From Candidatus Woesebacteria bacterium GW2011_GWC1_42_9 (lineage in GTDB: Bacteria > Patescibacteriota > Microgenomatia > UBA8517): a stretch of DNA of 64,000 nucleotides. The DNA lies in the NCBI GenBank assembly GCA_000995185.1, contig LCET01000002.1, positions 220-64,219 on the forward strand, in the 5' to 3' direction. The translations under genes and the position numbers were made by a program. Shown here piece after piece: positions 48,846 to 57,161 of this stretch (position 1 is the first letter of the stretch; every line of letters starts with the position of its first letter). A model generated the notes under the pieces. That model was not told the DNA's origin, did not search any database, and saw only the letters and a list, made by a program, of their open reading frames with translations.

Positions 48846-49460
48846 TTAGTTCATCTCTACCATGAACATTAAGTCATCGTAAAAAACAAACACCCAAACG
48901 CTCATAGGTTCTTGCCCCTTCGCAAACATCCGCCACATTCTAAAAACTCCGTCTCCCTTTTCAACATAAAAGAATTTCTGATATAACATATCAACGATTT
49001 GTTGATTAGGAATGATGTTTGCCACCCTGAACTTGGCTTTGGAGTAGTCAATCTCTGGATTAAAGTAACGAGTAAAACCCTTAGTAAGCCTAACAAGATA
49101 TTTTTTGGCTTTTTTAATAGGATAAGTCATACCAGTTGCTGATGTTATTTGATCGTTGATAAGGGCTTTAATAGGCACAAGACTGTTTCTGGTAGCCGTT
49201 TTCAGTTTTGGACTTCTTTTGAAGGAAGACCCCATCACCTTATTATCCCAAACCCACTGCCCAGCCTTAGATCGATTAAGGGTTGATGACACAAAAACTC
49301 TGAATGACTCGTCAATAAGGGTATATTCTTCGTTGCACTTCCTGCAACATAATACGGTTGCCAAATTAGCTGGTTTGGGGGAAGGAAAAAGATTTTTTGG
49401 AGGAATGTGATCTCTGGTGAGATTTTTTGTTGAACCGCAAAGATAACAGCTATTTACCAT
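48846..49460 (-). CDS. HNH endonuclease domain protein
   Basis: CYLCG...TRDHIPP...CRKCN; start reassigned to MVNSC. Confidence 0.75.
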   Translation of the reverse strand: MVNSCYLCGSTKNLTRDHIPPKNLFPSPKPANLATVLCCRKCNEEYTLIDESFRVFVSSTLNRSKAGQWVWDNKVMGSSFKRSPKLKTATRNSLVPIKALINDQITSATGMTYPIKKAKKYLVRLTKGFTRYFNPEIDYSKAKFRVANIIPNQQIVDMLYQKFFYVEKGDGVFRMWRMFAKGQEPMSVWVFVFYDDLMFMVEMN

Positions 49461-49509
49461 GTTTATATTATGGGTATCTAACACTCAGACACGGTATAAT
49501 TATATCAGT

Positions 49510-51018
49510 ATGCACTGGTTTGATCTTAACTTAGGACAATACGACTTAGCCGAGAGATGGGTTGGTCTGGATTATAAGAAGCTTTTCTTAGACCCCCTCT
49601 TGGCGGACATTACTTACGCCCATGAAGCGAGCCATGGTGTGATGGCGCTACAGTCAGACTTTGGGCAGGCAACAAATGTTATTTTCAAACTGCAAGACAG
49701 CTTTACCAAAATACAATCAGACGAAGTTGATTTGATATTAAAGTCTTTGTTTCAATCCCAAGACAAAGTTCAAGAAGGATTTGCTACTTTTATGGAGATT
49801 TCTCGACTGAGAGCATTAACTACAAAACAAAACGCTCTGGCATGGGCGCAACAAAATCTTCCTCCTGCATATAAGCAATATCTTGCACCGCTTCTTTTTG
49901 GATTCGAATTGTCAAAGGGTTATAGGGAGTTTTTTACGGCAAAAGTAAGCTGGTTGGCAATGGAAACAGGAATAAGAAAAGCCCTGTATGAGCAAGACTT
50001 ACTATCAGACACATCCAAGTTGGCGACTTATTTGTCAGATGAAGACAATAACCCTAATGTCAGATTACTTAAAATCTGCGACACATTAAGAATTAAATCG
50101 TGGCTGGTTACTAAGGATAATCCAACCTTAGCAAAAGAATGCGGGGTAAAGTATCATGAACCTGCCACCAAAGCTGAAGTTGCTGAGTTTTTGAGCTATA
50201 CGACAGGATTTACTGACAACCCCCAACACTTTTCTCCAGAACAGATCGGGGATACTCCACAAGGAGCAGATGCTTTTATTCAAGTGTCAAAAAACATGAT
50301 CGTTGCCAATTTGAATCTGAAATTAGCGGAGACGGCAAAGGTGATGTTTAATCTTAATTACTTCTTAAACATAGCCTCCAACATCGAGATTATATTTATT
50401 AACCCCCACGATAAGGACTGGAAACACCGTGATTTGATCAAGTTGGTAAGTGGCGAAGAACCAGAGGTTGCTATTGGTGGATTTACAACAGACGACCAGA
50501 AATACCTTACAGTCACTTCCAGAGAAAAGGCATCAGAAGTAATTAACAACGATTTACGCCATGCCACGCTATTTGTTAAATGGGGAGGATATAATCTCTC
50601 CAAAAATCAGCTAATATGGAGCGAGACAGTTCGCCCACCTGACCTTGTGGTTTATAACACAATCGATCAGTTGCAAGACAGAATAAAGCAAATTCTCGCT
50701 ACTGTCCCAGATATAAAATTCCAACACCTACATTTAGGAGCGAGCGAAGGACACCCTTTTCAATCTTTGCTGTTAAAAATTGGTGACTTATCGCCTCTTC
50801 ATATCGTGAATTGTTTTGGGAATAAGGGTATTTCAGAGACAATTGGGTTGATGAGTGGCAAAACGAGAGTAATTACCCATGACGGGCTGAAAACTCAAAA
50901 ACAACACATCAATAACCTTATGTGTTTGTGGATGGGGATGCCGTGGAAAGTAGATTGGGTAGAAACGATGATAAATGGGAAGAAGATTGTTTTTAGAGAG
51001 GAGCGTAACAGCGCTTGA
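49510..51018 (+). CDS. Hypothetical protein with N-terminal HExxH (zincin-like) motif
   Basis: AHEASH...QEGFAT; TATAAT 9 nt before the ATG. Confidence 0.65.
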   Translation: MHWFDLNLGQYDLAERWVGLDYKKLFLDPLLADITYAHEASHGVMALQSDFGQATNVIFKLQDSFTKIQSDEVDLILKSLFQSQDKVQEGFATFMEISRLRALTTKQNALAWAQQNLPPAYKQYLAPLLFGFELSKGYREFFTAKVSWLAMETGIRKALYEQDLLSDTSKLATYLSDEDNNPNVRLLKICDTLRIKSWLVTKDNPTLAKECGVKYHEPATKAEVAEFLSYTTGFTDNPQHFSPEQIGDTPQGADAFIQVSKNMIVANLNLKLAETAKVMFNLNYFLNIASNIEIIFINPHDKDWKHRDLIKLVSGEEPEVAIGGFTTDDQKYLTVTSREKASEVINNDLRHATLFVKWGGYNLSKNQLIWSETVRPPDLVVYNTIDQLQDRIKQILATVPDIKFQHLHLGASEGHPFQSLLLKIGDLSPLHIVNCFGNKGISETIGLMSGKTRVITHDGLKTQKQHINNLMCLWMGMPWKVDWVETMINGKKIVFREERNSA

Positions 51019-51143
51019 TACCCTGTGTGGGGCTTTTGTGGCTGGGGTGGCAAGTTTCACCTCTGTTTGACTTCACCGACCTTGTTGGGCGTTTGTTGCA
51101 GAATCGCTTGATATTACTTGCCGTTTCATTTATCTTCTGAGTT

Positions 51144-51218
51144 GGTAGGCTTCTGAGGGTAGAAATTCGGATGCTACCGCTCGTAGATGGAGGAACGTCC
51201 GACCTCCCAAAGCCTACC
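51144..51218 (+). ncRNA. Candidate three-way-junction RNA with kissing loops
   Basis: Three stems and complementary loops (see findings). Confidence 0.45.
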
Positions 51219-51318
51219 GTCTATTGACGCCAGAAAACCCCTCCTTACCGCTGGCGGGCAAGAAATTGTTGGATGGGAGGACTGAGAGGGTCTCCCCATA
51301 GATCGCCATGACTCCAGC

Positions 51319-52050
51319 TTAATTTTTCGCCAGATCGTAAGTGTCGTTATCATAAACGATTATCTGCCCACCATTGGTGATGGTAACACTTACAAGTTCC
51401 TTTGTCTTGCCGTCTTCATCATCTGTCTTCCATTTAAGGAAGAAGTTGCCAGGTTTCGTTCCCTCAAACTCGTAGGTCATCTTGGTGATGTCAACCCCAA
51501 AGATGCCTTTGTGATCGGTTAGGAACTTCTCGGCTACGGGGCGGATCGCTTCTGGTGTGGTATAGCGTCCTGAGTAGTCATACTCTGGCATGGGGTCAAA
51601 CCAGCGTGTGCCATCCTCCTTCGTTCCCCATCTGCGTTCGGCTTCGTGAATCTCAATGATGTAGTTGGTCTTGGGATCGATGCTAAAAGCAAATCTGGCA
51701 GCTTCATAATACTCAGTATTACCCCTTCCGCAGGTAAATTCTACAGGGACATCTGGCATACCCAGAAACTCCTTAACATTGGCTACTGCTTCTTCTCGTT
51801 CCGCAGCTGGTCTGGATTTTAAGAGGCAGTATTGCTGCTTCGCCTCTTTGTATTCCTGAGAGTCTTTGTCTTTAACCTCCATCATGACCGCTTCAAGCCT
51901 GGCAATTTCCTTATCTCTCTCCTTAGTTTGTAAAGTCTGAACAACCTTTGATTGACTGACCAAGCGAGGGGCTAAAACCACTGCAAGAATGGCGATGACG
52001 GCAAGGATAAGGATAACGGGCAAAAGACGAGATTTATTTTTATGCTTCAT
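51319..52050 (-). CDS. Membrane-anchored hypothetical protein
   Basis: AAGGAGGTG SD; N-terminal TM. Confidence 0.75.
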   Translation of the reverse strand: MKHKNKSRLLPVILILAVIAILAVVLAPRLVSQSKVVQTLQTKERDKEIARLEAVMMEVKDKDSQEYKEAKQQYCLLKSRPAAEREEAVANVKEFLGMPDVPVEFTCGRGNTEYYEAARFAFSIDPKTNYIIEIHEAERRWGTKEDGTRWFDPMPEYDYSGRYTTPEAIRPVAEKFLTDHKGIFGVDITKMTYEFEGTKPGNFFLKWKTDDEDGKTKELVSVTITNGGQIIVYDNDTYDLAKN

Positions 52051-52067
52051 TTTTATTTTTCACCTCC

Positions 52068-53081
52068 TTACTTCAGATATTTTTCAATGTTGGCTAAATG
52101 TTCTCTGTAGGTCTTGGCGCAGTGAATTTGCCTGTTTGAGTCGTGAAGATAATAAAGGCAATCAGTCTCGGTGGAGTTAAGGACGGCGTCAATGGCATCC
52201 AGTCCTGGATTGGAGATGGGAAAGGGAGGCAAACCAGTGTATTTATAAGTATTATATTTTGAGTCGATCTCTTTGTCGGCTGGTGTAATTGGTTTCCAGA
52301 ATCCAGTAGTAAGATTATCCCTGTCGTCTCTGGCATACTGGACGGTAGCATCAACTTCCAACTTCATATCTTTCAAAAGACGATTCCAAAGGATTCCAGC
52401 AATAAGGGGCATATCTTCTTTACCTGCTGCCTCTCGCTGGACGATGGAGGCAATTTTTAATGCCGTTGTCCATTTAACATTTTGTTTTAGGAATTTAGTC
52501 ATGTAGGGGGCAAACTCCTCGTCAAAGCGCCTTCTGAGACGATTAGCGACATCCAGACCACTCTCATTAACAGGGATGAGGTAAGTATCGGGGAAATAAA
52601 CTCCTTCCAAGTGGTCATAGTCCATAGCCGTGTAGGTGTAATTCCAGTCATGAAGCTGTTTTTCATCCCACCCCAGAATCTTTGCCAGGCGTTCTCCAGT
52701 CTCTTCCTTACGGAGTCCTTCAGGGATTACTACCCACTTCATATAAGGGGTAGAGGTAAGGGTCTTAGCCACCTCCCAGGCATTCATATTTTTATTGAGA
52801 TTGTATGCACCAGGCTCGATAGATTTGTTCCTCCGAGACAAGGTAAAACTAAACCCCAAAGGACTTCTGATATACCCCTGTTCGGATAGATCTTCAATGA
52901 CCTGCTTTTGGGATATCTGAAGACCAACAGTAAAGATACCTGCCTCCGTCTCACTAAGCCTCCTTTGAGGAGCGCCAAAGAAAAGTTGGAAGGCAATAAC
53001 GGAAGAAACAACCAAAATAAGCAGGCTTACCCCTGCCCAAAACCACCATTTTTTGATTACTTTACTCATTTTTATTGTCAT
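52068..53081 (-). CDS. mltG: MltG/YceG-like endolytic transglycosylase
   Basis: IPEG, LEG..FPDTY, ASIVQRE, L.VDATVQY, YNTYKYTGLPP.PISNPG. Confidence 0.92.
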   Translation of the reverse strand: MTIKMSKVIKKWWFWAGVSLLILVVSSVIAFQLFFGAPQRRLSETEAGIFTVGLQISQKQVIEDLSEQGYIRSPLGFSFTLSRRNKSIEPGAYNLNKNMNAWEVAKTLTSTPYMKWVVIPEGLRKEETGERLAKILGWDEKQLHDWNYTYTAMDYDHLEGVYFPDTYLIPVNESGLDVANRLRRRFDEEFAPYMTKFLKQNVKWTTALKIASIVQREAAGKEDMPLIAGILWNRLLKDMKLEVDATVQYARDDRDNLTTGFWKPITPADKEIDSKYNTYKYTGLPPFPISNPGLDAIDAVLNSTETDCLYYLHDSNRQIHCAKTYREHLANIEKYLK

Positions 53082-53109
53082 ATTTAGGTGTAGGTGGCGA
53101 TGTTAGCTT

Positions 53110-53261
53110 CCTTTGGGGAGTAAAGTCAAATCCAACAAAAAAAGCTCCCAGCCAGCGATAATCCTTGCGGACTACCTGCAGCCCTTTCGAGCTACAACCT
53201 TCGCAGATGCTCTGACTGAGAGCTTTCTTCTGCGAAGGTTTTCTTAGCCATGCCCCAAAGG
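53110..53261 (-). ncRNA. Structured leader/antisense-type RNA upstream of mltG
   Basis: GAAA and GCAA tetraloop hairpins with G-U pairs, 15 bp closing stem + U-run, competing 12 bp helix. Confidence 0.6.
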
Positions 53262-53400
53262 GTTTAGGCTTTATGTTTCTATTTTATCAATTTATCAATT
53301 TTCCTGCCATACCCCTTAGTTTTGGCTTAAAAGACTCGTCTTTGGTAAAATTATCAGTAAAGTTACTTTAAGGGGTGCGGTTAAATTACCCGATATTACA

Positions 53401-54333
53401 ATGAAAGTTAAAAAGAAAATTACTCCTGTTAAACGAATAGAAAAAGTCTATGAACCTGAAGTAATCCCCGACAGGACGGATGAGCTAATAAAAAAAGCAG
53501 AAGAAGCAAATATCAGACTTCATGAACAAGCACTTGCGGAAAGAAGACACAAAGAAGATCTCAAACAAAGAAGAATCCTGGTAGCCAAAGAGGATAAATT
53601 CGCTCACGCCATAAATCTCATTATCGAACGGGTAGAATACCAAAACTCCCCCAGTATCTGTATTGATTTGAACGAGCTTAATTTTGAAAACACCATTGGT
53701 GATGTAAAAACTTTAATGTGCTGGTTTGAAGAATTGAAAAACTTTGGTGGATTTAAGCATTACTCCAAACAAAACTACACTGGGGGTGCGAGATTTTATC
53801 TTACAGGACTCAATGTCGGGAAACTTAAACAATACAAAAATCAGGTAGGTTTATTACCGCACGGAAAAGGAATACTTAAATTACCTCCAGAGGTTAAATG
53901 GGAAGACATTACGATTCGGTTTCTCAATGGAGATGAGGTGTTAATAAAATGTGGCAATCTAAGTCGCCACACAAATTATGAAGATATGGGTTTCTTAGAC
54001 AAAAGAACTAAGTCAGCCAAAACACCTAATAAGCCCAATAAGCAATGGAGTTTTCTCAAAGGGTTATCTGAGACAAAAGGAGAGATTTCGTGGAGAAGTT
54101 CAACCGCCACACCACAAGGGAAAAAACAAAAACAGCTTTTATCAGAAAGGCTCAAAAAATACTTTGGCATTGATAACGACCCGTTTTACTCCTATAAAAA
54201 TGAGAAGGCTTATAAAATCAGGCTCACTTTAATACCCGAACAGAAAGATAATGAGAGCGACAAAGGGTCGGATTCCGATTTAGAAGAATTTTACAAGGAA
54301 CAAACACCAGAAGTTTACGACAAACATACTTAG
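53401..54333 (+). CDS. Hypothetical protein with probable C-terminal winged-helix domain
   Basis: 310 aa; WEDITIRF, W.FL..L, L...LKKYF...DPF. Confidence 0.65.
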   Translation: MKVKKKITPVKRIEKVYEPEVIPDRTDELIKKAEEANIRLHEQALAERRHKEDLKQRRILVAKEDKFAHAINLIIERVEYQNSPSICIDLNELNFENTIGDVKTLMCWFEELKNFGGFKHYSKQNYTGGARFYLTGLNVGKLKQYKNQVGLLPHGKGILKLPPEVKWEDITIRFLNGDEVLIKCGNLSRHTNYEDMGFLDKRTKSAKTPNKPNKQWSFLKGLSETKGEISWRSSTATPQGKKQKQLLSERLKKYFGIDNDPFYSYKNEKAYKIRLTLIPEQKDNESDKGSDSDLEEFYKEQTPEVYDKHT

Positions 54334-54370
54334 TTAACGAATTTTACCAATAAGCACTACTTGTTAAATA

Positions 54371-54392
54371 GCCCGCAATAGCGGGCATTTTT
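54371..54392 (+). terminator. Rho-independent terminator
   Basis: GCCCGC-AATA-GCGGGC + ATTTTT. Confidence 0.7.
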
Positions 54393-54474
54393 AATCCTCT
54401 GCATTTTTCACCGTGAATTTTCCCCATTTACTTAATAGAAGGGCTTTTTTAACGAAGCTATTAGCCAAAATTAT

Positions 54475-54759
54475 ATGGACAATAAATTAAACAACCATCA
54501 ACCAGGAAATTCTTCCTCTTTTAGCGAGAAACACCTATCCACTTATGACTTAGGGTTGAGCGCTGCCTTAGTGACTGAAGGCTTCCAGCTTGTTTCATTG
54601 GTGCGAGATAACCCAAAAAAAGTTCAGTTTATCTTCCTCCGAGAAAAAAACATCGAGAAATGTGTCGACGACTACTTTGCTGGGCGTTTGCTTGTGAACG
54701 CTCGTTCTCTTTTTGACAACACAAAAATGTTAAAAAACCGAATTTATTCGAGCGTATGA
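54475..54759 (+). CDS. DUF5659-like protein
   Basis: TYDLGLSAALV..GF.L......KVQFIF...LKNRIY. Confidence 0.75.
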   Translation: MDNKLNNHQPGNSSSFSEKHLSTYDLGLSAALVTEGFQLVSLVRDNPKKVQFIFLREKNIEKCVDDYFAGRLLVNARSLFDNTKMLKNRIYSSV

Positions 54760-54763
54760 GCCT

Positions 54764-54946
54764 ATGATCAGCCAAAAACTTTTACAGGAATTAAAAGAAA
54801 TCTTGGAACATGACTATAAAGTCCGTCTTTCAATGCAGGAAGTTGCGGAGATTGGGGTAACTTTATTGCGATACTTCGAAACACTTATTGAGATTAAATC
54901 AAAAACCAATCTTGAAATGAAAGGAGGTGGTCTCAATGAGCGTTAA
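54764..54946 (+). CDS. Small hypothetical protein
   Basis: SQKLLQELKEIL..DY...L...G..L..YFETL; operonic. Confidence 0.7.
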   Translation: MISQKLLQELKEILEHDYKVRLSMQEVAEIGVTLLRYFETLIEIKSKTNLEMKGGGLNER

Positions 54947-55088
54947 AAAGGATTATGTCAAAGAATTAGAGGTAGCAAGGGAGAAGATGGAAGCAGCTAC
55001 TAAGAATTACTATGTCGCTCTCGAAAAGAAACTGATGAGCGAAGCTATAAAGCGAGGAATCGCTGAGGCAAAAGCGAAAAAAAGATAA
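54936..55088 (+). CDS. 50 aa basic hypothetical protein (below ORF-track cutoff)
   Basis: AAGGAGGTG SD; MSVKKDYVKELE...IKRGIAEAKAKKR*. Confidence 0.6.
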   Translation: MSVKKDYVKELEVAREKMEAATKNYYVALEKKLMSEAIKRGIAEAKAKKR

Positions 55089-55093
55089 AAACT

Positions 55094-55825
55094 ATGACTG
55101 CTAAAAGTCCAAATTACAATAAGAGGTTGCTTGAAGCCCTGAGTGCTAAACCAGTGGTTTTTAATCCTGTGTTAGCAAAACTAACAGGATCGGTTAAGGC
55201 AGGGTTATTACTGTCGCAGCTTTTATATTGGTGGGGAAAAGGACAAGACCCAGAATCAATCTATAAAACAATTAAGGAAATCAAAGATGAGACCGCTCTA
55301 TCAAGAAGCGAACAGGATGGGGCGATTAAAAAGATAAAGAAACTGGATTTAATGGAAGTTGAACTCCGAGGAATCCCGCCCAGAAGACACTTCAAGCTCA
55401 ATTTGCAGAAAATCAGCAATTTAATTTGCAAGAGTTCAACAAACTTATTTGAAGAAAACCAACAATATAATTCAGATAATACTTCAGAGAATTCTTCAGA
55501 TACTAATGCTAACGCATTGCAGGTAGCCCCTGCGATTGAGTATGGCAATAAAGACATTAACTTTTTAATCTCCTACTTAAAGGAGAAACTCTCCCTACCC
55601 CTCTTGGATGGGACTGTGCAGCAAAATCGGCGTTACGCCCATTCCTTGATTAGGAAGTTTGGCAGTGTCGACAAGGTAAAACTCCTGATTGATGCTACTG
55701 CTCAGGACGATTTCTGGGCGACTAAGATTACTTCGTTTCAGCAGCTTTTTTATAAGGCAGTGCAGATTATCAGTAAAACCAGAAAGAGAGGAGGGGGTGT
55801 TTATGACGCCACAAATGTCGGATAA
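55094..55825 (+). CDS. Phage-type replication initiator-like protein
   Basis: N-terminal wHTH (LLSQLLYW...KT..EI..ET.LSR.EQ..A.KK), S/T-E-N linker, helical C-terminal domain. Confidence 0.7.
   Translation: MTAKSPNYNKRLLEALSAKPVVFNPVLAKLTGSVKAGLLLSQLLYWWGKGQDPESIYKTIKEIKDETALSRSEQDGAIKKIKKLDLMEVELRGIPPRRHFKLNLQKISNLICKSSTNLFEENQQYNSDNTSENSSDTNANALQVAPAIEYGNKDINFLISYLKEKLSLPLLDGTVQQNRRYAHSLIRKFGSVDKVKLLIDATAQDDFWATKITSFQQLFYKAVQIISKTRKRGGGVYDATNVG
55471..55506 (+). repeat. Three tandem 12 bp repeats inside rep (iteron-like)
   Basis: TTCAGATAATAC TTCAGAGAATTC TTCAGATACTAA. Confidence 0.55.
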
Positions 55826-56249
55826 AAATTATATCGTTGCTTACGGTTATGATCAAACATTTGATTTAACCGAAAATGAAGCCGAGGCACTAATTACTGC
55901 CAGAGAAAAAGGCTTATCAGCAATAAGACTTAATAGAGGCAGCCTCTCAACATCTTATTCGTGGGTAATGCCTAAATGGGAGGTTGAAAGTGAGAGACTG
56001 AATGAAGAAGAACTAAAACTTGCAGAGATGGTTGGTAAGTGGCTTGCACGACCCGTTCACGATTTAGATTTTACTCCAGAGTCGGCAATGCGCTACTCCA
56101 AAAAACTTGTAAAAAGAATTGGTTACGGACAAGTGAAAAAGCTCTGGGATGTTTATGCCAATGGCGCATACCCCTCAGCCAAGAAATTCCTGATGGAAGC
56201 AAAGGAAATCTCGTCAATTCAAGCACCAGCATTACCAGATGAGACATAA
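55803..56249 (+). CDS. Hypothetical protein
   Basis: GAGGAGG SD; overlaps the rep end; start reassigned. Confidence 0.65.
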   Translation: MTPQMSDKNYIVAYGYDQTFDLTENEAEALITAREKGLSAIRLNRGSLSTSYSWVMPKWEVESERLNEEELKLAEMVGKWLARPVHDLDFTPESAMRYSKKLVKRIGYGQVKKLWDVYANGAYPSAKKFLMEAKEISSIQAPALPDET

Positions 56250-56484
56250 ATCTATGAGCAAAAATCAACTAAAACTAACAAAACTGGAAAGAAAGCAAAC
56301 CTTATCTCTTTTTTTGAGATTGGGAATTTATCGCTCTTGGAGTCCAAGAAGTTATGCAGTTTTTGAAAGACATCTTAATAAAGCTGACGACGAATCGTTG
56401 CCTATGGGAGAACGAGTTAGGGCAGCTAATAAGATTGATCAGATGTTTTACAGGAGGATGAAAAAACATGAACAAAATAAGTGA
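56239..56484 (+). CDS. Hypothetical protein
   Basis: Overlapping operonic ORF. Confidence 0.6.
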   Translation: MRHKSMSKNQLKLTKLERKQTLSLFLRLGIYRSWSPRSYAVFERHLNKADDESLPMGERVRAANKIDQMFYRRMKKHEQNK

Positions 56485-57073
56485 ACAACCAGAAAAACTA
56501 ACAACCTCAAAGATGCCCAGAGAGACAGAAAGCCAATACACTGCTTTCTTGCTCTATTGCGAGGTTGGCAGCGTTTCCAAATTGATCCAAGCATGGCAGC
56601 AAATATGTCGGAATCCTGTAGGAGAATTGTCGGTGATTTTTGGCAATAAACTTGGGGATTTACCCTCAGAAAGGACAATTGAGCGTTGGTCGGTTAAATA
56701 CCAGTGGGTCAAGCGAGCAGATATGAAGCTAAAAGAAGACTTAGAAGGCTTAAAAAAGAAGTCAACCCAAATCAGACAAAGGCGAGCTTACACAATCACG
56801 GAGGTTTTTTGGAGCAAACTACAGGCACTAAAAAAGCAAATACAGACAGGTGAACCAGCCACTGTTCCAGAAGTTAAGGCACTATGGGAAATGATGAGGA
56901 TTGAATGGGGAGAAAGCATCAGTAAACAAGAAGTGGTTCAGGGAATTAACGAAGACGAACAAAGACCGCTGACCGAAGAAGAAATGATAGCCAGCAAATT
57001 TCTTACTGAAGCTGAAATGAAATATAACGACTACATGTTGAAGTTAGAAAGCAAAAAAGAGAAAAAACAATAA
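56468..57073 (+). CDS. Terminase small subunit-like HTH protein (tentative)
   Basis: ET..QY.AF..Y...TIERWS.KYQWVKRA pattern; AGGAGG SD. Confidence 0.5.
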   Translation: MNKISEQPEKLTTSKMPRETESQYTAFLLYCEVGSVSKLIQAWQQICRNPVGELSVIFGNKLGDLPSERTIERWSVKYQWVKRADMKLKEDLEGLKKKSTQIRQRRAYTITEVFWSKLQALKKQIQTGEPATVPEVKALWEMMRIEWGESISKQEVVQGINEDEQRPLTEEEMIASKFLTEAEMKYNDYMLKLESKKEKKQ

Positions 57074-57161
57074 CTATGCCAAATCAAACACTCTACACCA
57101 TCTCACTTAGCTTGATATTACTTGAAGTTTCGTTTATGTGTTGTGTTGGACAAAAATTACT

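Noticed and set aside
51159-51188. GTAGAAATT and GTAGAT resemble parts of a Cas12a repeat
   Set aside because: Single occurrence, wrong arrangement, no spacers or cas genes; no CRISPR array seen anywhere in the window
51188-51212. GAGGAACGTCCGACCTCC resembles the RNase P RNA motif GAGGAAAGTCC
   Set aside because: No matching 3' P4 half or other conserved RNase P regions nearby; the bases are explained by a local hairpin
53099-53261. c-di-AMP (ydaO) riboswitch upstream of mltG (AGCUAACAUCG, UUUGGGG)
   Set aside because: Lacks the GCUGAA 5' motif and two-fold architecture; resemblance is limited to short words
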